Assembly: GCF_002571385.2 (NCBI RefSeq)
Contig: NW_019218142.1
Location: forward strand, 30,458-94,457
Reading direction: 5' to 3'
DNA length: 64,000 nucleotides
DNA from: Stylophora pistillata
Lineage: Eukaryota
A program made the translations under genes and the position numbers. This document shows positions 1-12,800 of this stretch, one piece after another; position 1 is the stretch's first letter, and each line of letters starts with the position of its first letter. The notes beneath the pieces were generated by a model, which saw only the letters and a list, made by a program, of their open reading frames with translations, made no database searches and was not told where the DNA came from.

Positions 1-715
1 ATAAAAAAATCTTGAAAATGTAGAAGGAGCGTTCCGTACTAGAAATTTCTTCCACTCAAAAATACTTTTCTTTAGTTTTACATTTAACATGGAAACGATT
101 TGTAACATTAAATGCTTCTAAACGGTAAGGGGTTTTTTTTTAGCCAAAATGGTGTGGTCGTTTGAATGAAAAATAACTCACTTCCCTCTGTGGGTAGTTT
201 TATCAAAAGTTGTAAATTTTTGTGTGTTGAAATATAGCGTTGCTTACTTTCAATTCTTCATCAAACGAACTGACGTGTTACTTATGGAAAGTAGTTTTGG
301 TTACATCTTTAATTCTAAGATAGTGGACATAACACAAGTGTCTCGACCCTTGATAAATTCCTGTAGTTTTACTTTATTTCTACAACATTCTCGCACCAGG
401 AAATTATGAAAGATTGTTTTCAATGAAAAGTGTCAATTGTTTTGCCATAGCGATTTCGGTCAAAATGGTTGCATATAAGGGTATGTTTTTCCTCGGTTGC
501 AGTAAGTCAGGTGTACCAAAATTTACGCAATTTTTAATAGCTTTCATTTCTCACCTTCAAGAGGTAAAGAATTGACAAAAACCTGAAGAAATATAAGCAG
601 TCAAAATTAGGATTGTGGGTTGCGATAACGTAAACTGGATTAGCAGTAGACAATTTCGATACGAGAGCCATTCTAACTTTTTTTTTCTAATCCTTGTTCT
701 TAATTGCTTTCGTAG

Positions 716-1872
716 GCTTCATGGAGCAAGGACTTCTTGTTCGAGATCCGAAGCAACTCCATCGTAATTACATGCGAAAAATAATTTTTAAATTAGACTG
801 CTTGTCAATAATACCTCTAGACCTGTTCTACTTTGAGGTTGGAATCAACTCGGTAGCATTGAGATTGAACCGCCTTCTGCGCCTGCATCGCATGTTAGAA
901 TTAAGAGCCACGATCGAGACCATTTCAAGATTCCCAAATTTTCTTCGTCTGTGTTCATTAATTGCTATGGTTTTGTTGATCTTTCATTGGAACGCTTGTT
1001 TTTACTTTTTATTGTCAAAATGGATCGGATTTGGATCGGACAGCTGGGTCTACCCGGACTTAACTTCACCGGGTTTCGACTCACTAACTCGACAGTATTT
1101 GTTTAGTTTGTATTGGTCTTCGAGAATGCTTACAACGGGAGAGACGGAAAACCCGCCACAGACTGACGTAGAACTCTTCTTTGTGACTGTCGATTTAACG
1201 GTTGGCTTCTTGGTGTTTGCTGCAATAGTTGGACAGTTTGGAAGCATGATAACACACATGCTGCACGTTCGAAGAGAATTCCTTGAACAAGCCGATGCTG
1301 TGAAACAGTACTTAGTTTTTCATGAGATTGACGCTGATTTGCAAAGACGGGTCGTTTCGTGGTTCAACTACATGTGGGGAACTAAAAAGTCCTCCTTGGA
1401 CCGAGATAATGTTCTCAGTAAACTGCCGCATCCGCTTAAAACTGAAATAGCTGTCCAGGTGCACTTGGAAACTTTGAAAAGGGTACAGGTATTTGCTGAT
1501 GTGGAGCCTGGTCTTTTGAAAGAGATCGTTTTGAAACTTCGCTCGCAAGTCTACTCCCCCGGTGATTTCATCTGCAAAAAGGGTGAGCCGGGAAAAGAGA
1601 TGTACGTAGTGAGTAGCGGTCGACTGCAAGTTGTGCAGGACGACCAAGAAACTGTGATCGCTACCCTGAACGAAGGGAGCTATTTCGGCGAGATAAGTAT
1701 CCTGAATTTATCCAACACTGGAAATCGTCGAACTGCAAACGTTCGCTCCGAAGGATATTCAGAACTACTGTGCTTGTCTAAAGAAGATCTACTCGAGGCT
1801 CTCACGGAATATCCCGAAGCTAGAAAGTTGCTTGAGGTTCGAGGAAGAAGGCTTCTTCGGAGATCGCGATAG
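716..1872 (+). CDS. Cyclic nucleotide-gated cation channel (CNGA-like), last coding exon; 5' exons lie upstream of the window
   Basis: Polypyrimidine tract and acceptor AG at 714-715, then GFMEQGLLVRD. S4 (LRLNRLLRLHR), HWNAC, pore helix, C-linker and CNBD (FGEISIL...RRTANVRS) are present. Stop TAG at 1870-1872; AATAAA at 2378-2383. Confidence 0.93.
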
Positions 1873-2514
1873 CTAAGAGCCGGAACTGATGCCAAGAGGT
1901 TGCCTGGCAACAAGCGGTAGTCTAACAACATCTAAATGCAGAGGTCAAGACTTAGAGATTAAGTTTTCTTTTTTTTTTTGTCCTTTTCATATCACGGTTT
2001 CTTGGATCGGTCATTATCTATCGCCGGAAGGAGAAAGAGAGAGAGAGAGAGTGAGAGAGAGGGGTAGGGGTCGTGGTCGGAAGATTTTGGTTGAGTTACG
2101 ATAAATTTAACTAATCACTGCTCTGTAATATTCTTTTGATACTCCCTTCATTTACAGTTAGTTGGCAGTCATCCTTTGCTACTACTGATCTCCCCCTCCG
2201 TTCCCCCAGAAAACCATTTGATTACCCGAAATCATCCGCCGATCCCCCACCCCCCCTCCAGGTAATAATAATGACTGGTCCCCATAGGAAATACAATTTT
2301 TTTAGTAGATCATGACCAGTGGTGCTGTAATGTTCTCTAGTTAAACTTCTTCTTTGTAAACAAGTATTATGGTTCTCAATAAATCGTATCAACATATACT
2401 AAAAGAGATCTTTGGTTTGAGAGAGATTTTCGTCAAAACAAGGAAATATTTCATGCTCGACGTTTGCGATTCCAGTTGGCTTTTGTCAAATGTATGTTAA
2501 GTATAAAAAAGCAA

Positions 2515-2614
2515 GAGGTCCTGGGTTCAAATCATACGGGTTACGCTTGAAAATAAACAGTGAGGTCCTGGGTTCAAATCATACGGGTCACGCTTGAAAA
2601 TAAACAGCGAGGTC
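2515..2614 (+). repeat. 47-bp tandem duplication of a SINE-like fragment containing a B-box-like GGTTCAAATC
   Basis: gaggtcctgggttcaaatcatacgggt(t/c)acgcttgaaaataaacag starts at 2515 and 2562. Confidence 0.6.
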
Positions 2615-3302
2615 CCCTTCTGTCAAGTCTAGATGATCTGGAGAAAATTTGACCGACTCATTAAAAATATGCCATTAATAAGAAACTGAAACCAGAACTG
2701 AATGTACAGCCGACTGATTTGTTGAATATATATACTCTGTATGTACTTGGCATGCACTGAATAATGTTTTGTTCTCCGTCCAGTCCACCCCAACCCCCTC
2801 CCCGCCCCCTACCAGAGAACACATGTTTCTATGCTGGTTTGTCCCTTACCGCCACTTACTCTTACAAGTTAGCCAGTATTATTCAACAGATTGACTGTAA
2901 TTATCATCTTTATTCTAACGAAGAGTACATCTTAGTAACTATTTACACGTCTATTTTTTGTCTGAGGAGCGCCTCTGTTGACGAAAAAGCAATTAGTTTC
3001 ACACGGATTTCCTCCATTTCGATTATTCCGCGAGGCTGATTCGTGTCATCACTGGTCCGGCAAGTCCTAGAAAATGTTTTTCAGAGATCGACACAAGATT
3101 GGATGTACTATTCAGAAAAGCTGCTCTAAACTACGACATATCACTCGAGAAAATTGATAAACTATTCGCACCGCCACTAAGACTTTTCTTTCATGTACAA
3201 CAAATTTCGTTTGGAAGAATCCCTTCTGGCGTACGGCTAAAAAAATTGCCTCGAAAGTTTGCTTTTTCAATTTCCGACAAATTTAAGGTGATATGAATAT
3301 CA

Positions 3303-6300
3303 TTAAGAGATTACACAGCATTTTTTCCCTTCATGATCCCTCTCAACAGTTAGGGCACGCTGTATGTTACACAATTCATGGTGTGTACTCCAGACATCAG
3401 CATGCTCAGGGCCAAGCTTTTTCAATCTAATGTTTAGAGCATGCTCAAAATTCTCCTTGGCCTTAACCAGGTCACCCAATTCACGCTGTACTTCACCCAA
3501 GTTATGGAGTGAAAAAGCCACATAAACGTGGTCAGGTTCAAGATTCTTCATTTGGATGCCTAAAGCACGTTCGTGAAGCTCCTTCGCCTGTTGCACGTTA
3601 TTCATCGCAAATTGTATATTACCCAAGTGATGGTATGAATTCGCCATATCAACATGGTCAGGTCCAAGATTTTTCAGGCGTATAGCCAATGCTTGTTCGT
3701 GACACTTCTTGGCCCGTTGCAGATTACCCAGTTGACTTTCTGCAACACCCAAGTGATGGTATGTATTCGCCATGTCAATATGCTCACATCCAAGATTTTT
3801 TTGGCGTATAGCCAATGCTCGTTCGTAACATTCCTTGGACTTTTGCAGATCACCCAACTGACACTGTACGTAGCCCCAGCTATGGTAAGTAGACGCGACC
3901 TCAGCATGTCCAGGTCCAAGCTTTTTCAACCTTATGTTTAGAGCACGTTCGTAATACTCTGTGGCCTTTTGCCAGTCACCTAAATCACGCTGTACATTAC
4001 CTAAGTCATCGTAAACACGCGCGACATCAACATGCTCGGGTCCAAGCTTTTTCAACATAATGTTTAGGGCACATTCCAAATGTTCCTTGGCCTGTTGCAA
4101 CTCGCCCAATTCACGCTGTAGCATACTCAAGTTATGGTGCGTGGATGCGACGTCATCATGCTCGGGGCCAAGCTTTTTCAATCTAATGTTAAGTGCAAGT
4201 TCATAATTCCCCTTGGCTTTAACCAGGTCACCTAATTCACGATGTGCACTTCCCAATCCTTCGTAGGAAAAAGCCATATAAACATGGTCACGTTCAAGAT
4301 TCTTCAACTGGACTTTTAGAGCACGCTCGTAAAGCTCCTTCGCCTGTTGCGCGTTATTCAAAGCAAATTGAACATTACCCAAATGATGGTATGAATTCGC
4401 TATATCAACATGGTCAGGTCCAAGATTCGTCAAGCGCAAAGCCAATGCTTTTTCGTGATATTCTTTGGTCTGTTTCAGGTTACCCAATTTACTCTGTACC
4501 ACGCCCATGTTAAGGTAAATAGACAGGAGATCAAAGTGCTCGGGTCCAAGCTTCTTCAGTTTAATGTTCAGAGCTCGTTCGTAATATTCCTTGGCCTGTT
4601 GCAGATGCCCCAGTTCACGTTGTACATCACCCAACTCACAGAGTGTATGTGCGACAGGAATATTCTCGGGTCCGAGCTTTTGAAAGCGAATGTCTAGAGC
4701 ACGCTCATAATACTCCTTGGCCCCTTGCAGGTCTCCCAATTCGTATTGCACAACACCCAAGTCAAAGCAGCTACGGGCGACATCAACATGCTCGTTTCCA
4801 AGCGCTTTTAACCTTATGTCCAGAGTGCGTTTAAAATGGTCCTTGGCTCGTTGTAGGTTTCCCAGTTCACTTTCCACCACACCCATGTTACTGAATGAAA
4901 ACGCCACAAAAATATGATCATCACCAAGATTCTTCCTCTGAATTTCTAAGGCACGTTTGTAATACTCCATGGCCTGTTTCAGGTCAACCGAGTTGTGCTG
5001 TACATTACCTAAATGATGATATGTATTTGCAACATCAACATGCTGGGGTCCAAGATGTTTTAGCTGAATGTCTAGAGCACGTTCATGATTCTTCTTGGAA
5101 TTTTTCAAGTCACCCAATTCACGCTGAACCAGACCCAAAACATTGTAAGTAGCCACAAGGGCAACATGTTGGGGTCCAAGTTCGCTAAAGTTAATGTCTA
5201 AAGCACGCTCACAATACACTTTTGCTTCTTGTAGTCCACCCATTTTCCATAGTATAATGCTTAACAGGCTATAGATTTCAGCATGATCTACTCCTCCAGA
5301 AGCTTCACTGTTTTCAACCAGTTTCAAAGCTGTTTCACAGTAAACTTTAGCACCTGAAAATTCACAGTGATTCCGACAGATTACAGCAAGCCTTCTGAAA
5401 TATTCTACTAGATTGGAAAATTTGAATACCTCTTTTTTGATAACTTGATATTTTTCTTCATGAAGGAAGACATTTTCAACTTCGACAGCTAACGCATTTA
5501 AGTGTGAAATGAGATGCTCGCTGTCACAAATAGAGTTTTGCTCGTTCCAAGTTTGTGGTAGGTGAGAGTCTATGAATTGGTTGAAGGACATTACAGCCAG
5601 CGCAACACTTTGACCGTGTTTATCAGTCTCCTGGCACTCGTTGATTACAGATTTGCTGACCTCATGCACAACTCGATGAGTACTGGCAAAAGTACCTTTT
5701 TCTCTTTCCTCGAACATAAAAAGTGAGTAACCTTGGATCTGAAGAGCAATTTCTTCTTTATCCAAAAACAGATTCTTGTCATTCAAAATGTAATTCATAA
5801 CAATGTCTAGATGCAGAGGTTGTGGAGAACATAGCGAAAAGAGTGTAAATGCACTTTTTACAACAGTATCATTGTCTATCGCTCTTTCAATGGCCAGCTT
5901 TGTTGCCACAGTCATGGATTTCCCGTAGCAAGGGTTGGTTTCAATGAGTTTCGTTTCAGTACGGGTTCGCATACCTCTTTCTAGTTTTTCTAAATAATCC
6001 TTCCATCCAAAGTTTCTGTGTACTTGACTTTCACGAACCTTTCTTACGTACACGCCTGCACTAGCCAGTGCGAGAGGTTGGTAATCTAATGCCTCCGCGA
6101 CTTTATCTTCCACCCCTTGTTGTCTAATCCCCGAAACCTTCTGTAAAAAAGAAGTGGCATCTGTGGGCATCATGCCTTTGCTCACTGAGATGTGAGAGAC
6201 AAAGGAGCTTTCAGAGGGGATGGATGAAGTGTTCTGCGTTGTGATAAGCAACTGGCCTTTCGTCCATGGTTCATTTCTGGGCTGAGGGAGAAAATCATTT

Positions 6301-7400
6301 ACTTCCGATAAACTTGTGACATTGTCGACCACCAAGAGCCAAGAACCATAAAGAGGAATTTTGGTTGCTAACAAATCCTTTAGATTGTTAACTTTTTCTT
6401 CAAACTGCATCTTTGTTGAGTTTAGGGTGAACATAACAGTGTGTTCATTGCACTTGATTTGTCTTGCCAAAGAAACGTACGATTCCAAAAGCGTTTTTGA
6501 ACTTTCAGCGTTCAGAGTCATTACGAATGTAGGGGTTTTGAGGTCTATGTTGGCTGCTTCGTAGAATTTCTGAGCTACTAGGCCGGCCAGTTGAGATTTA
6601 CCACTTCCAGGGTTACCGGAAATATATAAGTAACTCAAACCATTTTCATTTGCTTCCCTAAGTCTTTCAAGCTGTTTCGTTATTTTTCCAACCTCGCTCT
6701 CGCGAGGTGCGATTTCGTGCGATGGTTTGGGCGGAAGGATACAGAATGGAGAGACATTTTTAGGTACCTGCTCCTCGAGGTTACGATGATGTTCTTCAAG
6801 GAATTGGCGTTCTTCTTCAGAGATTTGTAGTTTGACATTTGTTACATGTAGTTCTTCGTAAAGGCTTTTAACGTTTTTCCAAACATTTTCCAGTTCCTCC
6901 GTCGGAAAACTTTTCTGCTTGAAGATATGTTTAATCTCAGTGGTGGAAAGACTAAGACACTGAAATGCGTACTCGACTTTACGAACGGCGAGTATGAACT
7001 GTAGATCTGGTAGCTGACCATGCGGCATGTGAGCGAACTCTTCATTGCGAAACTCTCTGAGATCATCGGCATTCGAGCGGACTGCTGCACCGAGTCCGCG
7101 GCCAATAGAATCAGAGTAAAGGATTGCAAAAAAGAGTGTAGTACAATCCCACTTCGCCCTGTTTCCGTTTCTTATCGTTTCTAGCAGACGTGCATTTCGT
7201 GTTCGGCTCCGAGCAGATTCTCTGTTGTAGAAGTCCAGTCCATTTTGAGGTGTATCTTTCCATTCTCCCAACGTTGCCTGCTAACGACTGTCCCATTCTT
7301 GTTTGAAAAGGGATCGCAGCCCTTGTGGTAGTATATCAGTGACTATATGACAAATCCTGAAGTAGTTTAGCTTCTCTCGAGTGTAGACTGGGCAGGCCAT
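3303..7400 (-). CDS. NLR-like protein: N-terminal DZIP3-like HEPN domain, STAND (NB-ARC-like) NTPase, ~16 42-aa TPR repeats, C-terminal CaaX. Interrupted by one in-frame TAG at codon 40 (7281-7283).
   Basis: ATG at 7400 reads [48 protein letters not shown], in frame with the 1322-aa ORF. HEPN motif RNEEFAH at 7029-7049. Walker A GNPGSGKS, Walker B WLLVVDN, sensor LLITTQ, GLPL-like YQPLAL. Repeats of the form LGPEHxDVAxxYxxLGxVxxxLGDL. Ends KKCCVIS. Confidence 0.88.
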
Positions 7401-8275
7401 AATTTCTCTGTCGGGGACATCCTTTTGAGCTTTTTAACCCTGTTCGAAAACGACGTGAAACCTTTTTCAATTGTATTAGGTGCATACGAACGCGGAATTT
7501 CGCACGGTTCGTAGTTTAATGTACATTTTTAAGTCAACATTATGTGTTGCTGGTTTTATTTTAGTTTTCATCGCACATCAAACATAATAGTGTCAAACGA
7601 TAAAATTGACTGTATCTTATCTAGAAGTATTATGAGAGCTTCCCTATCTTGGAGTTTAAAAAATGAATGGAAATAACATATTACCACAAGCCATTCAGTA
7701 AAATTAAAAATATAAGAAGCTAGTTAATCATTTCCTAATTTTTTTTGGTTCACTTCGCAAGTGGAGTAATTGTTATCGTTTCTTACTGCGATCGTGAATT
7801 TGACACGGAGACAGATGTTTGGTTTCTACGGCAGCTAAAATCTGTGGTAGAGTGTTTCATTTATTTTGCGACAGGCTATGCTTATCATATTTATTAGATC
7901 GATAAATAAGAGAGCAAATTTGATCTCTGGACAGGAATTTCCTGGAAATAACTCTTCTTATATTTTCAATCCCTAGTCTCTCTAGGTTGATTCATGACGA
8001 ATTCCCGATCAAGAAAATAATTCCTGAATCTTAAACTTGGCACGTTCAACACCTCTTTCTTTTAAGGTAATTAAAGGTGCAAATAATCCATACTTTTTAT
8101 CCTCCGCACTGAATTTTGTAATTAGGTAACTTGTTTCACAGCACGTTGTTCTTTTAGGGGCAGTACTCTGGGTGCGCCTTTCTTCTCCAAATTCTCTCTT
8201 TATTCTGTTGTTATGTAACAGTCTCTAAACGCTATTTTCTCTTTAGACCCCTATGCCGATAGGTTTACTATAACC

Positions 8276-9840
8276 AAACAACAAACATATGAAATACATA
8301 TATATGAACTGCGGTTATGAAACGTATATGTGCACGATCCTTCGCAGTAAAGCACTATTTAAGCAATAGTGAAAATCAGACCTGAAAAAAATTCAGGCCT
8401 GTACGGGATTCGAACCACTGACCTCTGCGATACTAGTGCAGCGCTCTACCAATTGAGCTAACAAGCCAACTGGGAGCAGGCCATCAAATTAATTCGACAT
8501 AAACCCGTAGATGATAAATCAAACAACAAACATATGAAATACATATATATGAACTGCGGTTATGAAACGTATATGTGCACGATCCTTCGCAGTAAAGCAC
8601 TATTTAAGCAATAGTGAAAATCAGACCTGAAAAAAATTCAGGCCTGTACGGGATTCGAACCACTGACCTCTGCGATACTAGTGCAGCGCTCTACCAATTG
8701 AGCTAACAAGCCAACTGGGAGCAGGCCATCAAATTAATTCGACATAAACCCGTAGATGATAAATCAAACAACAAACATATGAAATACATATATATGAACT
8801 GCGGTTATGAAACGTATATGTGCACGATCCTTCGCAGTAAAGCACTATTTAAGCAATAGTGAAAATCAGACCTGAAAAAAATTCAGGCCTGTACGGGATT
8901 CGAACCACTGACCTCTGCGATACTAGTGCAGCGCTCTACCAATTGAGCTAACAAGCCAACTGGGAGCAGGCCATCAAATTAATTCGACATAAACCCGTAG
9001 ATGATAAATCAAACAACAAACATATGAAATACATATATATGAACTGCGGTTATGAAACGTATATGTGCACGATCCTTCGCAGTAAAGCACTATTTAAGCA
9101 ATAGTGAAAATCAGACCTGAAAAAAATTCAGGCCTGTACGGGATTCGAACCACTGACCTCTGCGATACTAGTGCAGCGCTCTACCAATTGAGCTAACAAG
9201 CCAACTGGGAGCAGGCCATCAAATTAATTCGACATAAACCCGTAGATGATAAATCAAACAACAAACATATGAAATACATATATATGAACTGCGGTTATGA
9301 AACGTATATGTGCACGATCCTTCGCAGTAAAGCACTATTTAAGCAATAGTGAAAATCAGACCTGAAAAAAATTCAGGCCTGTACGGGATTCGAACCACTG
9401 ACCTCTGCGATACTAGTGCAGCGCTCTACCAATTGAGCTAACAAGCCAACTGGGAGCAGGCCATCAAATTAATTCGACATAAACCCGTAGNGCAGAGGTC
9501 AGTGGTTCGAATCCCGTACAGGCCTGAATTTTTTTCAGGTCTGATTTTCACTATTGCTTAAATAGTGCTTTACTGCGAAGGATCGTGCACATATACGTTT
9601 CATAACCGCAGTTCATATATATGTATTTCATATGTTTGTTGTTTGATTTATCATCTACGGGTTTATGTCGAATTAATTTGATGGCCTGCTCCCAGTTGGC
9701 TTTTTAGCTCAATTGGTAGAGTGCTGCACTAGTATAGCAGAGGTCAGTGGTTCGAATCCCGTACAGGCCTGAATTTTTTTCAGGTCTGATTTTCACTATT
9801 GCTTAAATAGTGCTTTACTGCGAAGGATCGTGCACATATA
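8276..9840. repeat. Array of a 245-bp tRNA-containing element: 5 tandem minus-strand units (8276-9490), one N, then ~1.4 inverted units (9492-9840)
   Basis: Unit starts at 8276, 8521, 8766, 9011, 9256. The 15-bp direct repeat ATAGGTTTACTATAA flanks the array at 8259-8273 and 9838-9852. Confidence 0.92.
8395..8467 (-). tRNA. tRNA-Thr(AGT)-like module of the repeat, probably a pseudo-tRNA. Further copies at 8640-8712, 8885-8957, 9130-9202, 9375-9447 (-) and 9698-9770, 59317-59389 (+).
   Basis: GGCTTGT-TAGCTCAATTGGTAGAGC-GCTGCA-CTAGTAT-CGCAG-AGGTC-AGTGG-TTCGAAT-CCCGT-ACAGGCC-T folds into a 73-nt cloverleaf with A and B boxes. The T stem and anticodon stem have mismatches. A T7 run follows. Confidence 0.55.
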
Positions 9841-12800
9841 GGTTTACTATAATTTTCATATTGCTAGTCTTGTATTCATTTTACCAGAACTAAACTGGAA
9901 ATAGGAAAATCACGAAGGGGAGCGAGAAACAGAGAACGAAGACGGGAAATTAAATGACTGGCCTGAAATAGAAAGGAAAAGGGAACAAAAGAGAGAAAAT
10001 GAGAATATAGAGTTAGGTTTCCGGTGCTCAACTATTTGAATGCAACTTAAAATCAGTGACCTTAATCACGGCAAAAAGTGCGATTTGTATTTACTTTGTT
10101 TTATGGAAGATAACTACCTTATCGATACTTGATTTCGTGGGTACTCAATTTTGCGATTTTGGCGAGGAAGTATTTGGCGCGCGGGGTTTCATTTTCGCGA
10201 TTTCAAAAAGGCGTTAAATTTCGCGATTCAAGCGATCCCAACTTCATTTTCTCTTTCAACAAGTCTGCAGTTTTTAAAATAACGACATAAATTGGAACAA
10301 GCAAAATGCATATTTAAAAATTGATCTTTAATTAAGTGTATTGCAACACGGATAGGCAGTCTGAGTAGCGTGATTGTGAATTGCTACATCAACCGATTAA
10401 AGACCCTAGAAATTAAGTAACGATGAAGTGCTTATTTTCCGTTTTGGGTTCCACATCTACGAGTTTGGTGTCACTCGTCAGATTTATGATGAAGCTTGCA
10501 GATAGAAGGAAACAAAAGACTTATTTCATGTCTGGCTTAATTCACGAGAATCCGCTTTACGTGGTAAAATTCATCACCATTTATGGTCGCGCAACGCAAG
10601 CGTTCGTAATCTCCATTTTTATAACTTGAATATCTCAGAGATGAACGTGAATGAACGTTTTTCTAAGGGTTCTTCAGAGTGCATGGAGAGGGTCGTGTTG
10701 TAAAAGTTATTTTCAGTTTAATGACTTTGTGTGTTTCCAGTTCGCTGTTTTAAATTTATTCGACACAGACTTTTCAATTTTGCAACTTAAGCACCTTGTT
10801 CTCGCTATGCTTGATTTGTTCGCCTCGCTAGCTTCGCTTTCCCCCAGATGACTCAATTTTCTATTGCAGCCATGGTTTACTTTACTTTACTTTAAACAAT
10901 GAGTTGAAGGTCTCAAAGCTGGTTATTATTTGCAAACGTTTCAAGAAGTTTAAGTTTCTTCTAGTAGCATCACTAATATTCATAGATTGTGGTTGTTTAT
11001 CAGTGACACTTATCATTTGCAATTTACAAGATAAATGAACCGTAAAATAAAGAACGCCGTGATATGATTACGTTATGAAATTTGGAATAAACACTGTACT
11101 TTTTCAGTGTGCTTGATAGTTTACAAATTTTTGACGAAATACTCTATTGTAAATTGACGCGTTAAAGATTGCCTCTTTCCATGCCCCCCTCGCCAACCAC
11201 GACTCCGTCGCTTGAGACATGTTTTCTCAAAATATCACGTATGTAAATATGTGTATGGCCCACCTCTTCAGTCTAGAGTGATTTTGCACCCAAATTCCTG
11301 ATTTAAAGTAAAACAGTTGTCAGGTAATCTTGATGGTTTATCATAAGGTCACTAGACACATCCAAAACACTTTTCCTTGCGGTGAAAAGCACGTCTCAAA
11401 TTCCTCCGCATTCTCAGCTTCTCGCGGGCATGACTTCAACAATGAATTGTGCTTGATATACATATGACTAAATGTGTTTCACATATTTCTGCTAGTAAAA
11501 CTTGTGGTCGCACAACAACAGAAGAATTTTTAAAGTAACCCTTACTCTTTAAGCAGCAAACAGAAGGATTACCATTGTCGAGCGGCGTGAGAGCGTTCTA
11601 GTTCTGCTTTTCTTTTAACTTGTTGTGATAACGTAGTTGTTTCTTTGGATGTGTACAACTTAATTATGACAGTGGAATAATCGATTTTATTGGAAATATT
11701 GCAACAAATGCGACGGAAATTAAACTAAGAGAAGATTCGATTGTAACAGAGATAGCGTGACGATTAAAAAATCAGTCCGATTGATTAAATATATATCTAC
11801 CAAGAAGGAATTTCAGTCAGGAATATTGCATTCCACTCCTTCGGACGAGAGATTTTGAATAGAATTCTAGATTAACTAAACTGCTCATAAACTGACGAGG
11901 TCCGCCAACAAGCACTGCTCAAGAAAACTTTACCCAAACGATGTGTTTGGTTTTTGACCTCGAAATTCAAAAATTTTCCGTGATAACTGTGGTAATGCAT
12001 TATCGCAATTTGATCATCAAGGACTACGACTTCCGATTTCGAAAGAATTTTGTCTGTATCGGTGCAATCCTTCATTCACACTCGACCAATGAAGTAAACT
12101 CGACCATTTTGAAGAGTATGTACTCACCATTTCATATCATTCTACAAATCAGCCATATTATCATCATCCGCAAGAAAAAGAAGGGAAAGTTGAAGAAAAC
12201 CAACCCAGAGTGGACCTCAAGAAACATTTGCTGTATCCCATCAATCCCTCGGGCTCACTACTATTTGACACAGGCAGGCAATACTTACAAAAGAGCTTTA
12301 AGGGTTTAAATAGGCGTCGATATTTTTGGGTGGTACTTAAGAAATTGAATTAACATACTGAAACAGGTTTTTTATAAAGACGGATTATTTTTAAAGCAAA
12401 AATCGATGAAGATCTATTTCTTGCTGTTTATAAACTCATGACGCCATTACTGGGAGCTTGTTAAGACTAACAAGGCCAATACCAGTACATGATCGAGGCT
12501 AAGGCTGAAAATTTATTTAGTATTTATATGAATAAACAAACTCTACAGTTAGGTAGACAGTTTACTGATAACTGCGCGCTTTGCAACTAAAAGGGGTCTT
12601 CTTTGAAGTGCATTTTATTGAAAACAAACGACATTGATAAAACACGCCCTCTGCCAAAGCCAGAAAGAATTGATTTTGATCAGTATAATCCTCCATCATT
12701 AGTGAGATTGCCAGACAGAGAATTTCCCTCTTGTTGAATTATGTTGCACCTCGTCTGAAATAGGTAACTGACTTATAAAAAGATAAAAAAATTTCCCTCT

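Noticed and set aside
3654-5152. Multiple short plus-strand and alternate-frame ORFs over the TPR array (also 21294-21969)
   Set aside because: Shadow ORFs arising from 126-bp repeat periodicity.
8276-9490. CRISPR-like array or functional tRNA-Thr gene cluster
   Set aside because: There are no unique spacers. The T stem and anticodon stem are mismatched, and the flanks are copied with the module elsewhere (59263-59510), as expected for a mobile repeat.
11100-12310. Possible decayed coding sequence on the minus strand
   Set aside because: Many stops and no recognisable motif; it cannot be assigned without a homology search.
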